DNA of 45,774 bases, taken from sequence record PZ349761.1, one strand, 5' to 3'. The translations under genes were made by a program, and so were the position numbers. The notes beneath the pieces were generated by a model. The model did not search any database, was not told the DNA's origin, and saw only the letters and a list, made by a program, of their open reading frames with translations. Position 1 is the stretch's first letter, and the number at the start of each line of letters is the position of its first letter. This document shows, one piece after another, positions 7,165-16,516 of the stretch. Source of the DNA: a phage.

Positions 7165-8730
7165 ATGTCTTTAGTGTGGGAAGAAATGACCATTCAGGAA
7201 AAGATGGCTGTCAAAGCGATATCAGAGCATAGCTTCGAGGGTTTTCTGCGCTGCTGGTTCCAAATAACACAAGGTGAGCGATACATCCCTAACTGGCATC
7301 ACAAGTACTTGTGCAGAATCATTGACGAGATTATCGCAGGGGAACGCAAGGACACCATCATTAACATAGCTCCGGGCAGCGGAAAGACGGAAATCACATC
7401 AATTCACTTCCCTGTATACTCTATGTTGAAGCTGAAGAAGGTTCGAAACCTTAATATCTCTTTCGCCGACTCAAACGTAAAGCGCAACTCAAAACGAGTG
7501 CGTGACTTAATATCATCAAAGGAGTTCCAGGAACTCTGGCCTTGCAAGTTCGGGACAAATAAGGATGACGAGATTCAGATCGTTGACGACAGCGGAAAGG
7601 TTAGATTCGAGTCCATATCAGCATCAAAAGGAGGCAGGATTACTGGCACGCGTGGTGGTTATATCACCGACACATACAGCGGCGCGGTAATGCTGGATGA
7701 CTTCGATAAACCAGACGAGATGTTTTCATCCGTATACAGGGCAAAGAGTCACACGCTGCTTGGCAATACCATTCGCTCACGCCGCGCTAGCTCGGTAAAA
7801 GGGAAGGCAACTCCAATTATCCAGATTCAGCAGCGACTTCACGTCAATGACTCAACGTGGTTCATGCTTAGCGGTGGTATGGGCATTGATTTTGATTTGG
7901 TGAAGATACCAGCACTGGTTACTGAAGATTACGTTGATACATTACCTGACTGGATTAAACAGCAATTCATTGATGACGTATTATCAAGCGAAAATATCGA
8001 GCGTGACGGAGTGAAGTATTACAGCTACTTCCCAGGGAAAGAGTCCGTGCATGACCTGGTTGCGATGTGGGATAGTGACCCGTACACATTCCTTAGCCAG
8101 TATCAACAAGAACCTGTAGCATTGGGCGGAAATCTTATTAACGTAGACTGGTTCCAGCGTCTTAGTGATACATTCAGGCCTCCAGTTAAGTATGATTACA
8201 GATTCATCACATGCGATACCGCGATGACTACAAAGAGTTATAGTGACTTCTCTGTACTTCAGTTGTGGGGATACAAGGATGCTAAGATTTACCTGATAGA
8301 CCAGCTCAGAGGAAAATGGGAAGCGCCGGAGTTGGAGGCTGAACTACTGGACTTCGAGAAGAAATCAAGGGCAACCAGTCAATCAGATGGCATACTCCGA
8401 AAGATCATCATCGAGAAGAAAGCCTCTGGTATCGGCCTGATTCAATCGGCAGGTAGAGTTATGCGAACACCGATAGAGCCATACGTTCCGGATAACGACA
8501 AGCTGACTCGCGTAATGAGCGCATTGCCACAGATTAAGGCTGGTAATGTCGTTCTTCCAGAGTCTGCGCCGTGGCTAAACGGATTGCTTACTGAGGTTGC
8601 TGCTTTTACGGCAGATGATAGCCACAAACACGACGACCAGATTGACTGTCTAACAATGGCAGTAAACCTTGTACTTAACATTGCGGACGACCCAAAAGCG
8701 CGACTAATGCGCATAGCGGGAATTAAATAG
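7165..8730 (+). CDS. terminase large subunit
   Basis: 521 aa; P-loop-like APGSGKTE near N-terminus, acidic nuclease-type C-terminal half; canonical position before portal. Confidence 0.85.
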   Translation: MSLVWEEMTIQEKMAVKAISEHSFEGFLRCWFQITQGERYIPNWHHKYLCRIIDEIIAGERKDTIINIAPGSGKTEITSIHFPVYSMLKLKKVRNLNISFADSNVKRNSKRVRDLISSKEFQELWPCKFGTNKDDEIQIVDDSGKVRFESISASKGGRITGTRGGYITDTYSGAVMLDDFDKPDEMFSSVYRAKSHTLLGNTIRSRRASSVKGKATPIIQIQQRLHVNDSTWFMLSGGMGIDFDLVKIPALVTEDYVDTLPDWIKQQFIDDVLSSENIERDGVKYYSYFPGKESVHDLVAMWDSDPYTFLSQYQQEPVALGGNLINVDWFQRLSDTFRPPVKYDYRFITCDTAMTTKSYSDFSVLQLWGYKDAKIYLIDQLRGKWEAPELEAELLDFEKKSRATSQSDGILRKIIIEKKASGIGLIQSAGRVMRTPIEPYVPDNDKLTRVMSALPQIKAGNVVLPESAPWLNGLLTEVAAFTADDSHKHDDQIDCLTMAVNLVLNIADDPKARLMRIAGIK

Positions 8731-8744
8731 CACGAATTGCTAAA
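8727..8744 (+). promoter_or_regulatory. conserved palindromic box ATAGCACgaattGCTAAA
   Basis: TAG stop of terminase gene inside box; TATAGT 8765-8770; leader CACACCAACGAGAGG; ATG 8802. Confidence 0.6.
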
Positions 8745-8801
8745 CGCTAGAGCCACGGATGGCGTATAGTTACTTCACACCAACGAGAGGAGAAAAGACA
8801 A

Positions 8802-9176
8802 ATGAAAAACAAATCAAAGGCTTTATATCTTGGAAACACCTATGACGAGTGTTGTGAATTCACTCCGGGAAGAGAGTACGATTTTTACGATCTTGGTGAT
8901 GGATTTATTGGTCTTTGCGATGATAATGATACTGAACGTTGCATTAAAAACGGAACGTTCTACAAGTTTAAACTAATCAATGAGGATCATTTTGTAACTG
9001 AAACTGAGTGCGCATCCATGCAGCCTGGCGCCGATAAAAAACCCGAGTTTAGATATTACATCAATGGCGAAGTGGTTACTAAGGTAAAGTTCGACGATAC
9101 GCTATTATGCGTCAAGGACTTTGAATCTAGTGGGGTTGATACATCATCAATCAAGTTCGAAGTAAAATTCGAGTAA
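8802..9176 (+). CDS. hypothetical Cys-containing protein (124 aa), moron-like insert between terminase and portal
   Basis: Own cassette promoter upstream and own terminator downstream. Confidence 0.55.
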   Translation: MKNKSKALYLGNTYDECCEFTPGREYDFYDLGDGFIGLCDDNDTERCIKNGTFYKFKLINEDHFVTETECASMQPGADKKPEFRYYINGEVVTKVKFDDTLLCVKDFESSGVDTSSIKFEVKFE

Positions 9177-9197
9177 TCAAAAACCGTGTGATAAACT

Positions 9198-9219
9198 AGC
9201 CCCCACATGGGGCTTTTTT
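9198..9219 (+). terminator. rho-independent terminator
   Basis: AGCCCCC-acat-GGGGCT hairpin plus T5. Confidence 0.65.
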
Positions 9220-9232
9220 ATTGGAGAAAAAC

Positions 9233-10486
9233 ATGGTCAAGACAGACAGCTACGCCAATATCTTTCTAGGCGGCAGTGATGGTAGTGAGATTTACGGGAG
9301 CTTACAGAATCAGGAGCCTACAATCCTGGCTTCTCTTTATGCGAATAATGCGCTGGTACGTAGAATTATCGACACAATCCCTGAGACAGCATTAGCGGCA
9401 GGATTCCACATTGATGGTATTGATGATGAGCCAGCATTTTGGTCGCGATGGGATGACCTGGAAATGACGCAGAATATTAACGACGCTTGGTCGTGGGCCA
9501 GATTGTTCGGTGGAGCCGCAATTGTCGCTATCGTTAAGGACAATAGAGCACTAACAAGTCCGGTCAGGGAGGGTGCTGAACTTGAAACTGTTAGAGTTTA
9601 CGATCGCACGCAAGTAAAAGTACAAACTCGCGAGGAGAATCCACGTAACGCACGTTTTGGTAAGCCACTAACCTATCGCATCACCACAAATGAGAGCGAT
9701 ATGTTCTATGATGTGCACTACAGCCGAATTCACATCATTGACGGAGAGCGAATTCCTAACGTAATGCGTCGGCAAAATGATGGCTGGGGCCGTAGCGTTC
9801 TATCCAGTGACATTCTTGACTCAATTAAGGATTACACCAACTGTGAACGACTTGCTACGCAGTTACTGAAGCGCAAGCAGCAGGCGGTGTGGAAGGCGAA
9901 AGGTCTGGCTGAGTTATGTGATGATAGCGAAGGATTTGGTGCAGCTCGATTGAGACTTGCACAGGTTGACAACAATAGCGGCGTAGGCCAGGCGATTGGT
10001 ATCGATGCGGAATCTGAAGAATACAGCATTCTCAACTCCGATATTGGCGGGATCGATGCGTTCCTGGATAAGAAGTTCGATAGAATCGTTGCCCTGAGCG
10101 GTATCCATGAAATCATCCTGAAAAACAAGAACGTTGGTGGTGTGTCATCAAGCCAGAATACAGCCCTTGAGACATTCCATAAGCTAGTTGACCGCAAACG
10201 TAACTCTGAGTTGCTTCCTATTCTTGGGTTCTTAATCCCGTTCATCGTAAATGTAGAAGAGTGGTCAGTTGAGTTTTATCCTTTAGCTCAGGAATCAAGC
10301 AAGGATAAGGCTGAGATTCTGGAGAAGAACGTAAACAGCATTGCATCACTAATTGAATCTGGCGCTATGAATGCTAACGAGGCACGTGATACACTACGAG
10401 CCATCGCACCAGAGATTAAGATTGGTGATGGTGATATTGAAGCTCAACAACAAGAACCAGAAGAGGAGGTTGTAATTAATGAGTAA
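9233..10486 (+). CDS. portal protein
   Basis: About 417 aa directly after terminase; start set to ATG 9233 with RBS GGAG (track start 9221 is TTG). Confidence 0.7.
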   Translation: MVKTDSYANIFLGGSDGSEIYGSLQNQEPTILASLYANNALVRRIIDTIPETALAAGFHIDGIDDEPAFWSRWDDLEMTQNINDAWSWARLFGGAAIVAIVKDNRALTSPVREGAELETVRVYDRTQVKVQTREENPRNARFGKPLTYRITTNESDMFYDVHYSRIHIIDGERIPNVMRRQNDGWGRSVLSSDILDSIKDYTNCERLATQLLKRKQQAVWKAKGLAELCDDSEGFGAARLRLAQVDNNSGVGQAIGIDAESEEYSILNSDIGGIDAFLDKKFDRIVALSGIHEIILKNKNVGGVSSSQNTALETFHKLVDRKRNSELLPILGFLIPFIVNVEEWSVEFYPLAQESSKDKAEILEKNVNSIASLIESGAMNANEARDTLRAIAPEIKIGDGDIEAQQQEPEEEVVINE

Positions 10487-11567
10487 AATCCGCTATGACA
10501 GCGCAAAGTTTAAGGCAACAATCGACGAGAATGGATTCTTAGTCGACACGCCAGTAGTCGCACGTCTAGGCGTGCAGGTCTACTACATGGAGGACGGCCG
10601 CACTGTTCGAGAGTTTCGCCCAGCAGAGGAAGTTTTCAAGGATGAATCCCTCGCGAGCTACCAGGGTAAGCCAATGACTCTGGACCATGTTTTCGTTAAC
10701 TCAGAGAACGCCAAGGAGGTAGTGGTAGGTTCAGTTACTGGCAAGGCTGAACCATTGGGTAGCTCAGTGGTTGCTCCTATTGTTGTTTACGACAACACAG
10801 CCATTCAGGAAGCTATGGCAGGTAACGCTAAAGAGTTATCCGTTGGATACTCATCAGTTATTGATTACACCCCCGGCTGGGGCGACCCTGTTACTGGCGA
10901 GTACTTCCTCAAGTCTGAAAGTGAGCTATTCGACGTACCAGAAGGATGGCAGGAGTTCGACGCAATTCAGCGTGACATTAAAGTGAACCATCTGGCAATG
11001 GTGTATCGCGGTCGCGCAGGTATTGCCAAATTGAATATGGACGGTGAGCAGGAAAACCCGTATACTACTGACGTTGATATCAATAAAGAGGATAAACAGG
11101 AAATGACAGTTAAAATTAAACTCGACGGCGCGCAGGAATTTGAGGTCGCCCCGGAAATCGCCTCTCACATCGAAGCACTGAACGCAAAGGCTGACACCGC
11201 AATCGCAGAGCGCGATTCTCTGAAAGCTAAAGTTGATGCAATGCCTGCTGAAATCGAGGCCGCAGTTGCTAAAGCGAAAGCTGATGCTGATGCCCTGGCT
11301 GCTCTGGTTGCTGTTGCTGCTGAGGCTGGTGTAAAGGCTGATGGACTGGATGCTAAAGGCATTAAAGTAGCTTACGTTAAGGAAGTCTCAGGCCTGGATG
11401 TTTCCGAGAAGTCCGACGCGTACATCGACGCAGCGTTCGACATTGCCAAAGAATCTGATAAAATGGCTGAAGTACGTAAAGCGACTACCGCTTCCGACAA
11501 ATCTGACAGCGCCGATGAGCCTAAGAAATTAGACCCACGTGCTCGTTTAGCTAAAATTAAGAAATAA
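10479..11567 (+). CDS. putative prohead protease/scaffolding protein
   Basis: Globular N-terminal half then Ala/Lys/Glu-rich predicted coiled coil; between portal and capsid genes. Confidence 0.5.
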   Translation: MSKIRYDSAKFKATIDENGFLVDTPVVARLGVQVYYMEDGRTVREFRPAEEVFKDESLASYQGKPMTLDHVFVNSENAKEVVVGSVTGKAEPLGSSVVAPIVVYDNTAIQEAMAGNAKELSVGYSSVIDYTPGWGDPVTGEYFLKSESELFDVPEGWQEFDAIQRDIKVNHLAMVYRGRAGIAKLNMDGEQENPYTTDVDINKEDKQEMTVKIKLDGAQEFEVAPEIASHIEALNAKADTAIAERDSLKAKVDAMPAEIEAAVAKAKADADALAALVAVAAEAGVKADGLDAKGIKVAYVKEVSGLDVSEKSDAYIDAAFDIAKESDKMAEVRKATTASDKSDSADEPKKLDPRARLAKIKK

Positions 11568-11579
11568 GGAGTTATAAAC

Positions 11580-12101
11580 ATGGCAATTCGTTCCGTAGCA
11601 CTGGCTGGTATGGTTTCTGATACTTCTCTGTACAACATCGACGGCGCTTGCGTAGTTGGCGGCGCAGCAGCCATTCCGGTTGGCACTTTTGTTGGAGTTA
11701 CATCCGCTCAGCCTGTAGATGGTCACAAGGTTGTTGGGCTTCCTGCTGTGACTGGCACACCAGTTAAACCTTACGGTGTTGTTGTTAAATCTCATTATGA
11801 GACTCCAGATGGCACTGCTCGCGTAAATGAAGCGGTTAACGTGATGACACACGGTCGAATCTGGGTTCGTACAACTCTAGCGGCTGCGCCAGTTTTTGGT
11901 AGTAAGGTTTACGTAAACGCGAGTGGCGTTGTTGCTGCTGAGGCTGCTACCACTACCTGGGAAACTGGTTTTACATTTGCTGGTGGCTATGTGTCGGCTT
12001 ACGCTGGCGGCGCTGACCCAATTAAGCAAGGTGAAAGCGTTGATGGTGCAATGGTTGAGGTTCAGTTGATTCAATCAGCAGACTCAACTGTCGCTGCTTA
12101 A
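11580..12101 (+). CDS. capsid-associated structural protein (possible decoration protein)
   Basis: Gly/Ala/Val-rich 173-aa protein immediately upstream of major capsid gene. Confidence 0.4.
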   Translation: MAIRSVALAGMVSDTSLYNIDGACVVGGAAAIPVGTFVGVTSAQPVDGHKVVGLPAVTGTPVKPYGVVVKSHYETPDGTARVNEAVNVMTHGRIWVRTTLAAAPVFGSKVYVNASGVVAAEAATTTWETGFTFAGGYVSAYAGGADPIKQGESVDGAMVEVQLIQSADSTVAA

Positions 12102-12118
12102 TAATTAAGATATATAAA

Positions 12119-12140
12119 GCCTCCTTCGGGAGGTTTTTTT
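12119..12140 (+). terminator. rho-independent terminator
   Basis: CCTCC-ttcg-GGAGG hairpin plus T7. Confidence 0.7.
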
Positions 12141-12146
12141 ATACCA

Positions 12147-12174
12147 TTGCGTGGGCTAAAAACTAGTGTATAAT
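12147..12174 (+). promoter_or_regulatory. sigma70-like promoter (TTGCGT-N16-TATAAT) for major capsid gene
   Basis: -35-like 12147-12152 and consensus -10 12169-12174. Confidence 0.55.
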
Positions 12175-12212
12175 GAACCCGTAGACACCTAACTGAAAAG
12201 GAACAATAAAGA

Positions 12213-13154
12213 ATGGCCATTAAATTTGATGCAGAACAAGCAAAAATCACCGCTCACCTCGAGCAAATGGGCGTAGAGAGAGCGGATGCCGCTGGTATCT
12301 GGACCGTAAAGCAGCTTACCGCAGCACTTAATCGTGCTTACGAAAAAGAATACGCAGAAAACTCTGTTGTTAATATCTTCCCCGTAACCAATGAAATACC
12401 TGGTCATGCGAAGTATTTCGAATATCCAGAATTTGATGGTGTTGGCATTGCTCAGATTATCGCTGATTACTCTGACGACCTGCCGCTGGTTGATGCTTTC
12501 ATGACAGAGAAGCAAGGTAAAGTGTTCCGTTTCGGTAACGCATTCCTGATTTCCACTGATGAAATTAAAGCAGGTGCAGCTACCGGTCAGCCACTGTCAA
12601 CTCGCAAACAGGCACTTGCTTTCGAAGCGCACGACAACCTGTTGGACAAATTGGTTTGGTCTGGTTCCGCTCCGCACGGAATTCCTAGCGTATTCAACCA
12701 TCCTAACATCAACAACGTTGTTGCTGGTACGTGGAACTCCGCAGCTGCCGCCATGACCAATATCACAGCACTTATTGACGCAATCGAGACTTCGACTAAT
12801 GGCACTCACACCGCAACTGATATTTTGCTGCCTGCTTCCGCTCGCCGCCTGATGCAAGAGCTGGTTCCTAACACCTCCATCAGTTACGCGCAACTGTTCG
12901 CCACCAACAACTCTGGCATCAATCTGCGTTATCTTCAGTTCCTGGATAACTACGATGGCGCAGGCGGCAAGGCTGCCCTGGCTTTTGAGAAGGATCCGCT
13001 GAACGCTAGCATCGAGATTCCAGAAGCTACCAACGTACTTCCTGGTCAACCGAAAGATTTGCACTTTAAGTACCCGGTAACTTCTAAAGCGACAGGTTTG
13101 ATTTTATATCGTCCTCTGACGATGGCAGTAATGAAAGGCATTACCTACGAGTAA
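12213..13154 (+). CDS. major capsid protein
   Basis: 313 aa; insulated by terminators on both sides with a near-consensus promoter; position after scaffold. Confidence 0.7.
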   Translation: MAIKFDAEQAKITAHLEQMGVERADAAGIWTVKQLTAALNRAYEKEYAENSVVNIFPVTNEIPGHAKYFEYPEFDGVGIAQIIADYSDDLPLVDAFMTEKQGKVFRFGNAFLISTDEIKAGAATGQPLSTRKQALAFEAHDNLLDKLVWSGSAPHGIPSVFNHPNINNVVAGTWNSAAAAMTNITALIDAIETSTNGTHTATDILLPASARRLMQELVPNTSISYAQLFATNNSGINLRYLQFLDNYDGAGGKAALAFEKDPLNASIEIPEATNVLPGQPKDLHFKYPVTSKATGLILYRPLTMAVMKGITYE

Positions 13155-13160
13155 TAAATG

Positions 13161-13182
13161 GCCCTCTTCGGAGGGCTTTTTT
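13161..13182 (+). terminator. rho-independent terminator
   Basis: GCCCTC-ttcg-GAGGGC hairpin plus T6. Confidence 0.7.
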
Positions 13183-13246
13183 ACGTCTGTACCAAATGGA
13201 TTTGTTGAGTTATAATCACTCAATCAGATAAACAAAGGAGACAAAA

Positions 13247-13492
13247 ATGATTCGTTTAGAACACACTGGCGCTTGCCTTATCGTTTATAAGGGTGAGAAA
13301 TATCTGCCTGGTGACACTTTCGAGGTTGATGTAATTTGCGACGGACTCAAGCGTTTAATTGCAGAGGGTAAGCTAACCATTGAGGGTGACGCAAAAACAA
13401 CCAAACAGATCGCGCAAGAAATTGTTAGCAAGAAAAAGCGCAAAGAACCGAAAACCATCTCCGAAGCTGAGACTGGCAACGAGTACAAATAA
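13247..13492 (+). CDS. hypothetical head/connector-region protein (81 aa)
   Basis: ORF with RBS AAGGAG; between capsid and tail genes. Confidence 0.45.
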   Translation: MIRLEHTGACLIVYKGEKYLPGDTFEVDVICDGLKRLIAEGKLTIEGDAKTTKQIAQEIVSKKKRKEPKTISEAETGNEYK

Positions 13493-13518
13493 CAAACAGG
13501 GCGCTTCGGCGTCCTTTA

Positions 13519-13935
13519 TTGTATGGAGTTAATATGAATGATGCAATTTTGGCGTTTATGCGCTCACTTGTTCCTGCGCTCAAGGCAGTGGATGACGAAT
13601 CAATTAATGTGTGGATCGATTTGGCACGTCTCTACGTATGTGAGAGTAAGTTTGGTAATGATGCAGATCGCGCTGTGGGCCTTTATGCATTACACCTGAT
13701 GCTTTCTGATGGCGCTTTTAAGGGTGAGAATGAAGGCCTTGAGACATACAGCCGTAGAATGGCAAGTTATGCACTGAGCGGTGAATTCTCTATCACCTAT
13801 GATAACCAATCAGCAATCCAAGGTGATTTATCATCTTCCTCCTGGGGCCGTATGTACAAAGCACTTCTCCGCAAGAAAGGTGGCGGCTTTGGACTGATTA
13901 CTTCCGCTCGTGGCGGTGGGTGCGGTTGCCGATGA
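13519..13935 (+). CDS. putative head-tail connector/adaptor protein
   Basis: Position in head-tail joining block; no specific motif. Confidence 0.4.
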   Translation: MYGVNMNDAILAFMRSLVPALKAVDDESINVWIDLARLYVCESKFGNDADRAVGLYALHLMLSDGAFKGENEGLETYSRRMASYALSGEFSITYDNQSAIQGDLSSSSWGRMYKALLRKKGGGFGLITSARGGGCGCR

Positions 13936-14303
13936 ACTACAACGAAATTGAATCAATCACTCGCGCTGGAATTAACTTCTTTAGTGATGCCAATGGCGTC
14001 TACGAGATGAGCACTGGTGCTGGATATGTTAAAATCGTCAATGGCGTTGAAGTAGAAGTGCCAGCGCAAACATTCCAGCTAAAAGGCTTAGTGCGAGAAA
14101 TCAAGACGCGAGATATTGATGGCGAGTTTATCCAGTTTGGCGATAAGCGCGGAATCTTCACAGCACAGGCGGAAATTAAGCAGGGTTATCAGATTAAAGT
14201 TGATGGCGAGACTTTCGTTGTTGTTGACCCTCGGCCTGTAAAACCAACCGGCACAGTTGTTGGTTATAGACCGATTCTTCGTAGGGTGGCTACTTATGGC
14301 TAG
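13932..14303 (+). CDS. putative head-tail joining protein
   Basis: ATG overlapping upstream TGA (ATGA). Confidence 0.4.
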   Translation: MNYNEIESITRAGINFFSDANGVYEMSTGAGYVKIVNGVEVEVPAQTFQLKGLVREIKTRDIDGEFIQFGDKRGIFTAQAEIKQGYQIKVDGETFVVVDPRPVKPTGTVVGYRPILRRVATYG

Positions 14304-14733
14304 AAATATTGGAAGTGTCGCTACGTTTGAGAAATCTATTGCTGACTGGATTAACAGAGCAGATAAGGGATTTGAAATTGTAGTCGCCAACACGGTTACC
14401 AAGACAGCCAACGCAATTGTGGACCTTTCCCCTGTCGACACTGGTAGATTCAAGGCTAACTGGCAAATTACCGCAAACTCACCAGCCCAGCAGTCTCTGA
14501 ATGAGTACGATCAGACTGGCGGGCAGACAAAAACATATCTCGCCAGACAAGCCAGAGCAGTAGCCAATTCAAAAGCCACTAGTGTTATTTATATCACCAA
14601 CCGACTTGATTACGCAGCCGACCTTGAGTATGGAGCTTCAAATCAGGCTCCGTCTGGTGTTTTGGGCGTGGTGCAAGCGAGGCTTGGCAGGTATTTTCAA
14701 GAAGCAGTGGAGGAGGCTCGTCGTGCAATATGA
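14296..14733 (+). CDS. putative tail completion/neck protein
   Basis: ATG overlapping upstream stop; position only. Confidence 0.4.
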   Translation: MARNIGSVATFEKSIADWINRADKGFEIVVANTVTKTANAIVDLSPVDTGRFKANWQITANSPAQQSLNEYDQTGGQTKTYLARQARAVANSKATSVIYITNRLDYAADLEYGASNQAPSGVLGVVQARLGRYFQEAVEEARRAI

Positions 14734-15124
14734 ATTATCATTAGCAGCAAGGAAATTCGTCAACGATTTGTTGGTAAATGAATTTCCGGTCAGATATCCA
14801 GTTGCGTGGGAGAATGCTGCATTCACCCCTCCTGCGGATGGATCAATCTGGCTTAAGTACGACTACACGGAAGTTGATACTGTAACCTACGGATTAAGCA
14901 GGAAGTGCAAATACTACGTAGGCATGGTGCAGATTTCTGTTTTCTTCAGCCCTGGCACTGGAATTGATAGACCCAGACAAATCGCTAATCAATTGGCAGA
15001 ATCTATCGTTGATGGTACAATGCTTGACAGCGGGACCATTTATGAGTCTGGAGTTGTTAACCCGGTTATCAAATCCAAATCTGGGTGGTTTATCCCGGTT
15101 CGTTTTTATGTTCGTCTAGACTAA
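14723..15124 (+). CDS. putative tail terminator-type protein
   Basis: GTG start 9 nt after GGAGGA, overlapping upstream stop. Confidence 0.4.
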   Translation: MQYELSLAARKFVNDLLVNEFPVRYPVAWENAAFTPPADGSIWLKYDYTEVDTVTYGLSRKCKYYVGMVQISVFFSPGTGIDRPRQIANQLAESIVDGTMLDSGTIYESGVVNPVIKSKSGWFIPVRFYVRLD

Positions 15125-15139
15125 CAAAAGGAAAAATAC

Positions 15140-15796
15140 ATGGCTCATTTATCAAACGGCACTCAGGTGTTCGTAGAAGGCTCTCGCGGTGATGCGATTG
15201 ACGTAACTGCAATTTCTAACGCAGTTACCCCTGTTTTAACTGTATCTGACGCTTCTGGTTTGGTCGTTGGTGATTACCTGCTTTTCACCTCTTCTGCTTC
15301 AACGCTTCTGGCTGACAAGCAAGTTCGAGTGACTGCAATCACTGGTACGTCAGTAACTGTTGAAGGTATTGACACCTCCAGCACCACCAAGTTCCCGGCC
15401 GGTTTGACTGGTGAAGTCGTTAAGATCACCTCCTGGTTCGAAGTTCCGTGTGTTCGGGATGTTTCTACTGACGGCGGCGAACAGCAGTTCGTTAACTTCC
15501 AGTGTCTTTCTGATGACCGTGAACAGCAGATTCCGACTTATAAATCTGCGGTAACAAACACCTTTACCTTTGCTCATGAGTACACTAACCCGGTCTATCC
15601 GGTTCTGCGTAACTACGATGAGTCGGGCCAGGTTGTTGCGATTCGCCTGTTCGTACCTCGCGCCCAGGAAATGCGCTTGCAGTCCGGCACTATCGCTTTC
15701 AACGACACCCCTACCATTGGTGTTAACGAAATCGAAACGGTATCCATCGCGGTATCCATTCGTGGTCGACTGTCCTCTGTGGCAGCGGAAGTTTAA
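15140..15796 (+). CDS. major tail (tube) protein
   Basis: 218 aa directly upstream of chaperones and tape measure; followed by strong terminator. Confidence 0.6.
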   Translation: MAHLSNGTQVFVEGSRGDAIDVTAISNAVTPVLTVSDASGLVVGDYLLFTSSASTLLADKQVRVTAITGTSVTVEGIDTSSTTKFPAGLTGEVVKITSWFEVPCVRDVSTDGGEQQFVNFQCLSDDREQQIPTYKSAVTNTFTFAHEYTNPVYPVLRNYDESGQVVAIRLFVPRAQEMRLQSGTIAFNDTPTIGVNEIETVSIAVSIRGRLSSVAAEV

Positions 15797-15802
15797 AACA
15801 CA

Positions 15803-15824
15803 AACCCTCTCCGGAGGGTTTTTT
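15803..15824 (+). terminator. rho-independent terminator
   Basis: CCCTC-tccg-GAGGG hairpin plus T6. Confidence 0.7.
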
Positions 15825-15829
15825 ATTGC

Positions 15830-15847
15830 ATAGCACTTTTTGATAAA
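15830..15847 (+). promoter_or_regulatory. conserved box variant ATAGCACtttttGATAAA
   Basis: 22-nt spacer, TATAGT 15868-15873, CATCGAAACGA 15879-15889, ATG 15907. Confidence 0.55.
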
Positions 15848-15906
15848 GCGCTCATTCAACTTTGATGTATAGTTAACTCATCGAAACGAAATGAGAGATT
15901 AAAGAA

Positions 15907-16155
15907 ATGAATAACGTTAAAAACATCATCAAGATTGCTGCGGTTCTGTTTGCTTTTTATGCGGTAGTTCAGATTATAAACCCAACAGGTGAGGCTGATG
16001 CCAATAGCAAGGCAAACAAATATACTGTTGAATTTGCTAAGGCTGAGCGAGCATGTCAGGAGCTTGTAGGTGGCAAAGTTGACCAAATCATGAAATACGG
16101 CAAAGAGGTTTGTAAGGACTCGGCTGCTAAGATTGCAAAAGAAAACACTAAGTAA
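15907..16155 (+). CDS. small exported/membrane-anchored protein (82 aa), moron-like insert in tail gene cluster
   Basis: N-terminal hydrophobic segment IIKIAAVLFAFYAVVQII; own cassette promoter. Confidence 0.5.
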   Translation: MNNVKNIIKIAAVLFAFYAVVQIINPTGEADANSKANKYTVEFAKAERACQELVGGKVDQIMKYGKEVCKDSAAKIAKENTK

Positions 16156-16193
16156 TAGAATACATACTCACAAACAATAAGAGGATTAACAAA

Positions 16194-16508
16194 ATGGCAA
16201 AGTTCAAACTTTCACTGGCGGCACTCCCAGACTTTAAGCTACCAGTAAAATTTAAGCTGGCTAACGACCAGGATGTAGAGGTTATCTTTACAGTCAAGCA
16301 CAAGAAAACATCTGAGTTGCAGGGGCTGCTTAGCAAGGAAGACTTGAGCACAAAAGAGCTTATTATGGCAATTGCCTCTGATTGGGATCTGGAAGAAGAA
16401 TACAACGAAGATAACGTTAATGAGTTCTCAGACCTTTTCCCGGCCTCAACTGTTGCGCTGACAACTGCTTACATGCAAGCGCTTGCTGGTCAGCGAGTAA
16501 AAAACTAA
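16194..16508 (+). CDS. tail assembly chaperone (gpG-like)
   Basis: 104-aa acidic protein just upstream of tape measure; slippery heptamer A-AAA-AAC at its 3' end. Confidence 0.65.
   Translation: MAKFKLSLAALPDFKLPVKFKLANDQDVEVIFTVKHKKTSELQGLLSKEDLSTKELIMAIASDWDLEEEYNEDNVNEFSDLFPASTVALTTAYMQALAGQRVKN
16499..16505 (+). other. programmed -1 ribosomal frameshift slippery site A AAA AAC
   Basis: Heptamer sits in zero frame 2 codons before the G stop; -1 frame reads directly into ORF 16517-16828. Confidence 0.6.
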
Positions 16509-16516
16509 AACGAGCG

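Noticed and set aside
9832-15859. Several antisense or internal track ORFs within portal, scaffold, capsid and tail genes (e.g. 9832-10245, 11165-11852, 12597-13064, 15350-15859)
   Set aside because: Fully embedded in longer, well-supported plus-strand genes in a co-directional operon; typical shadow ORFs.
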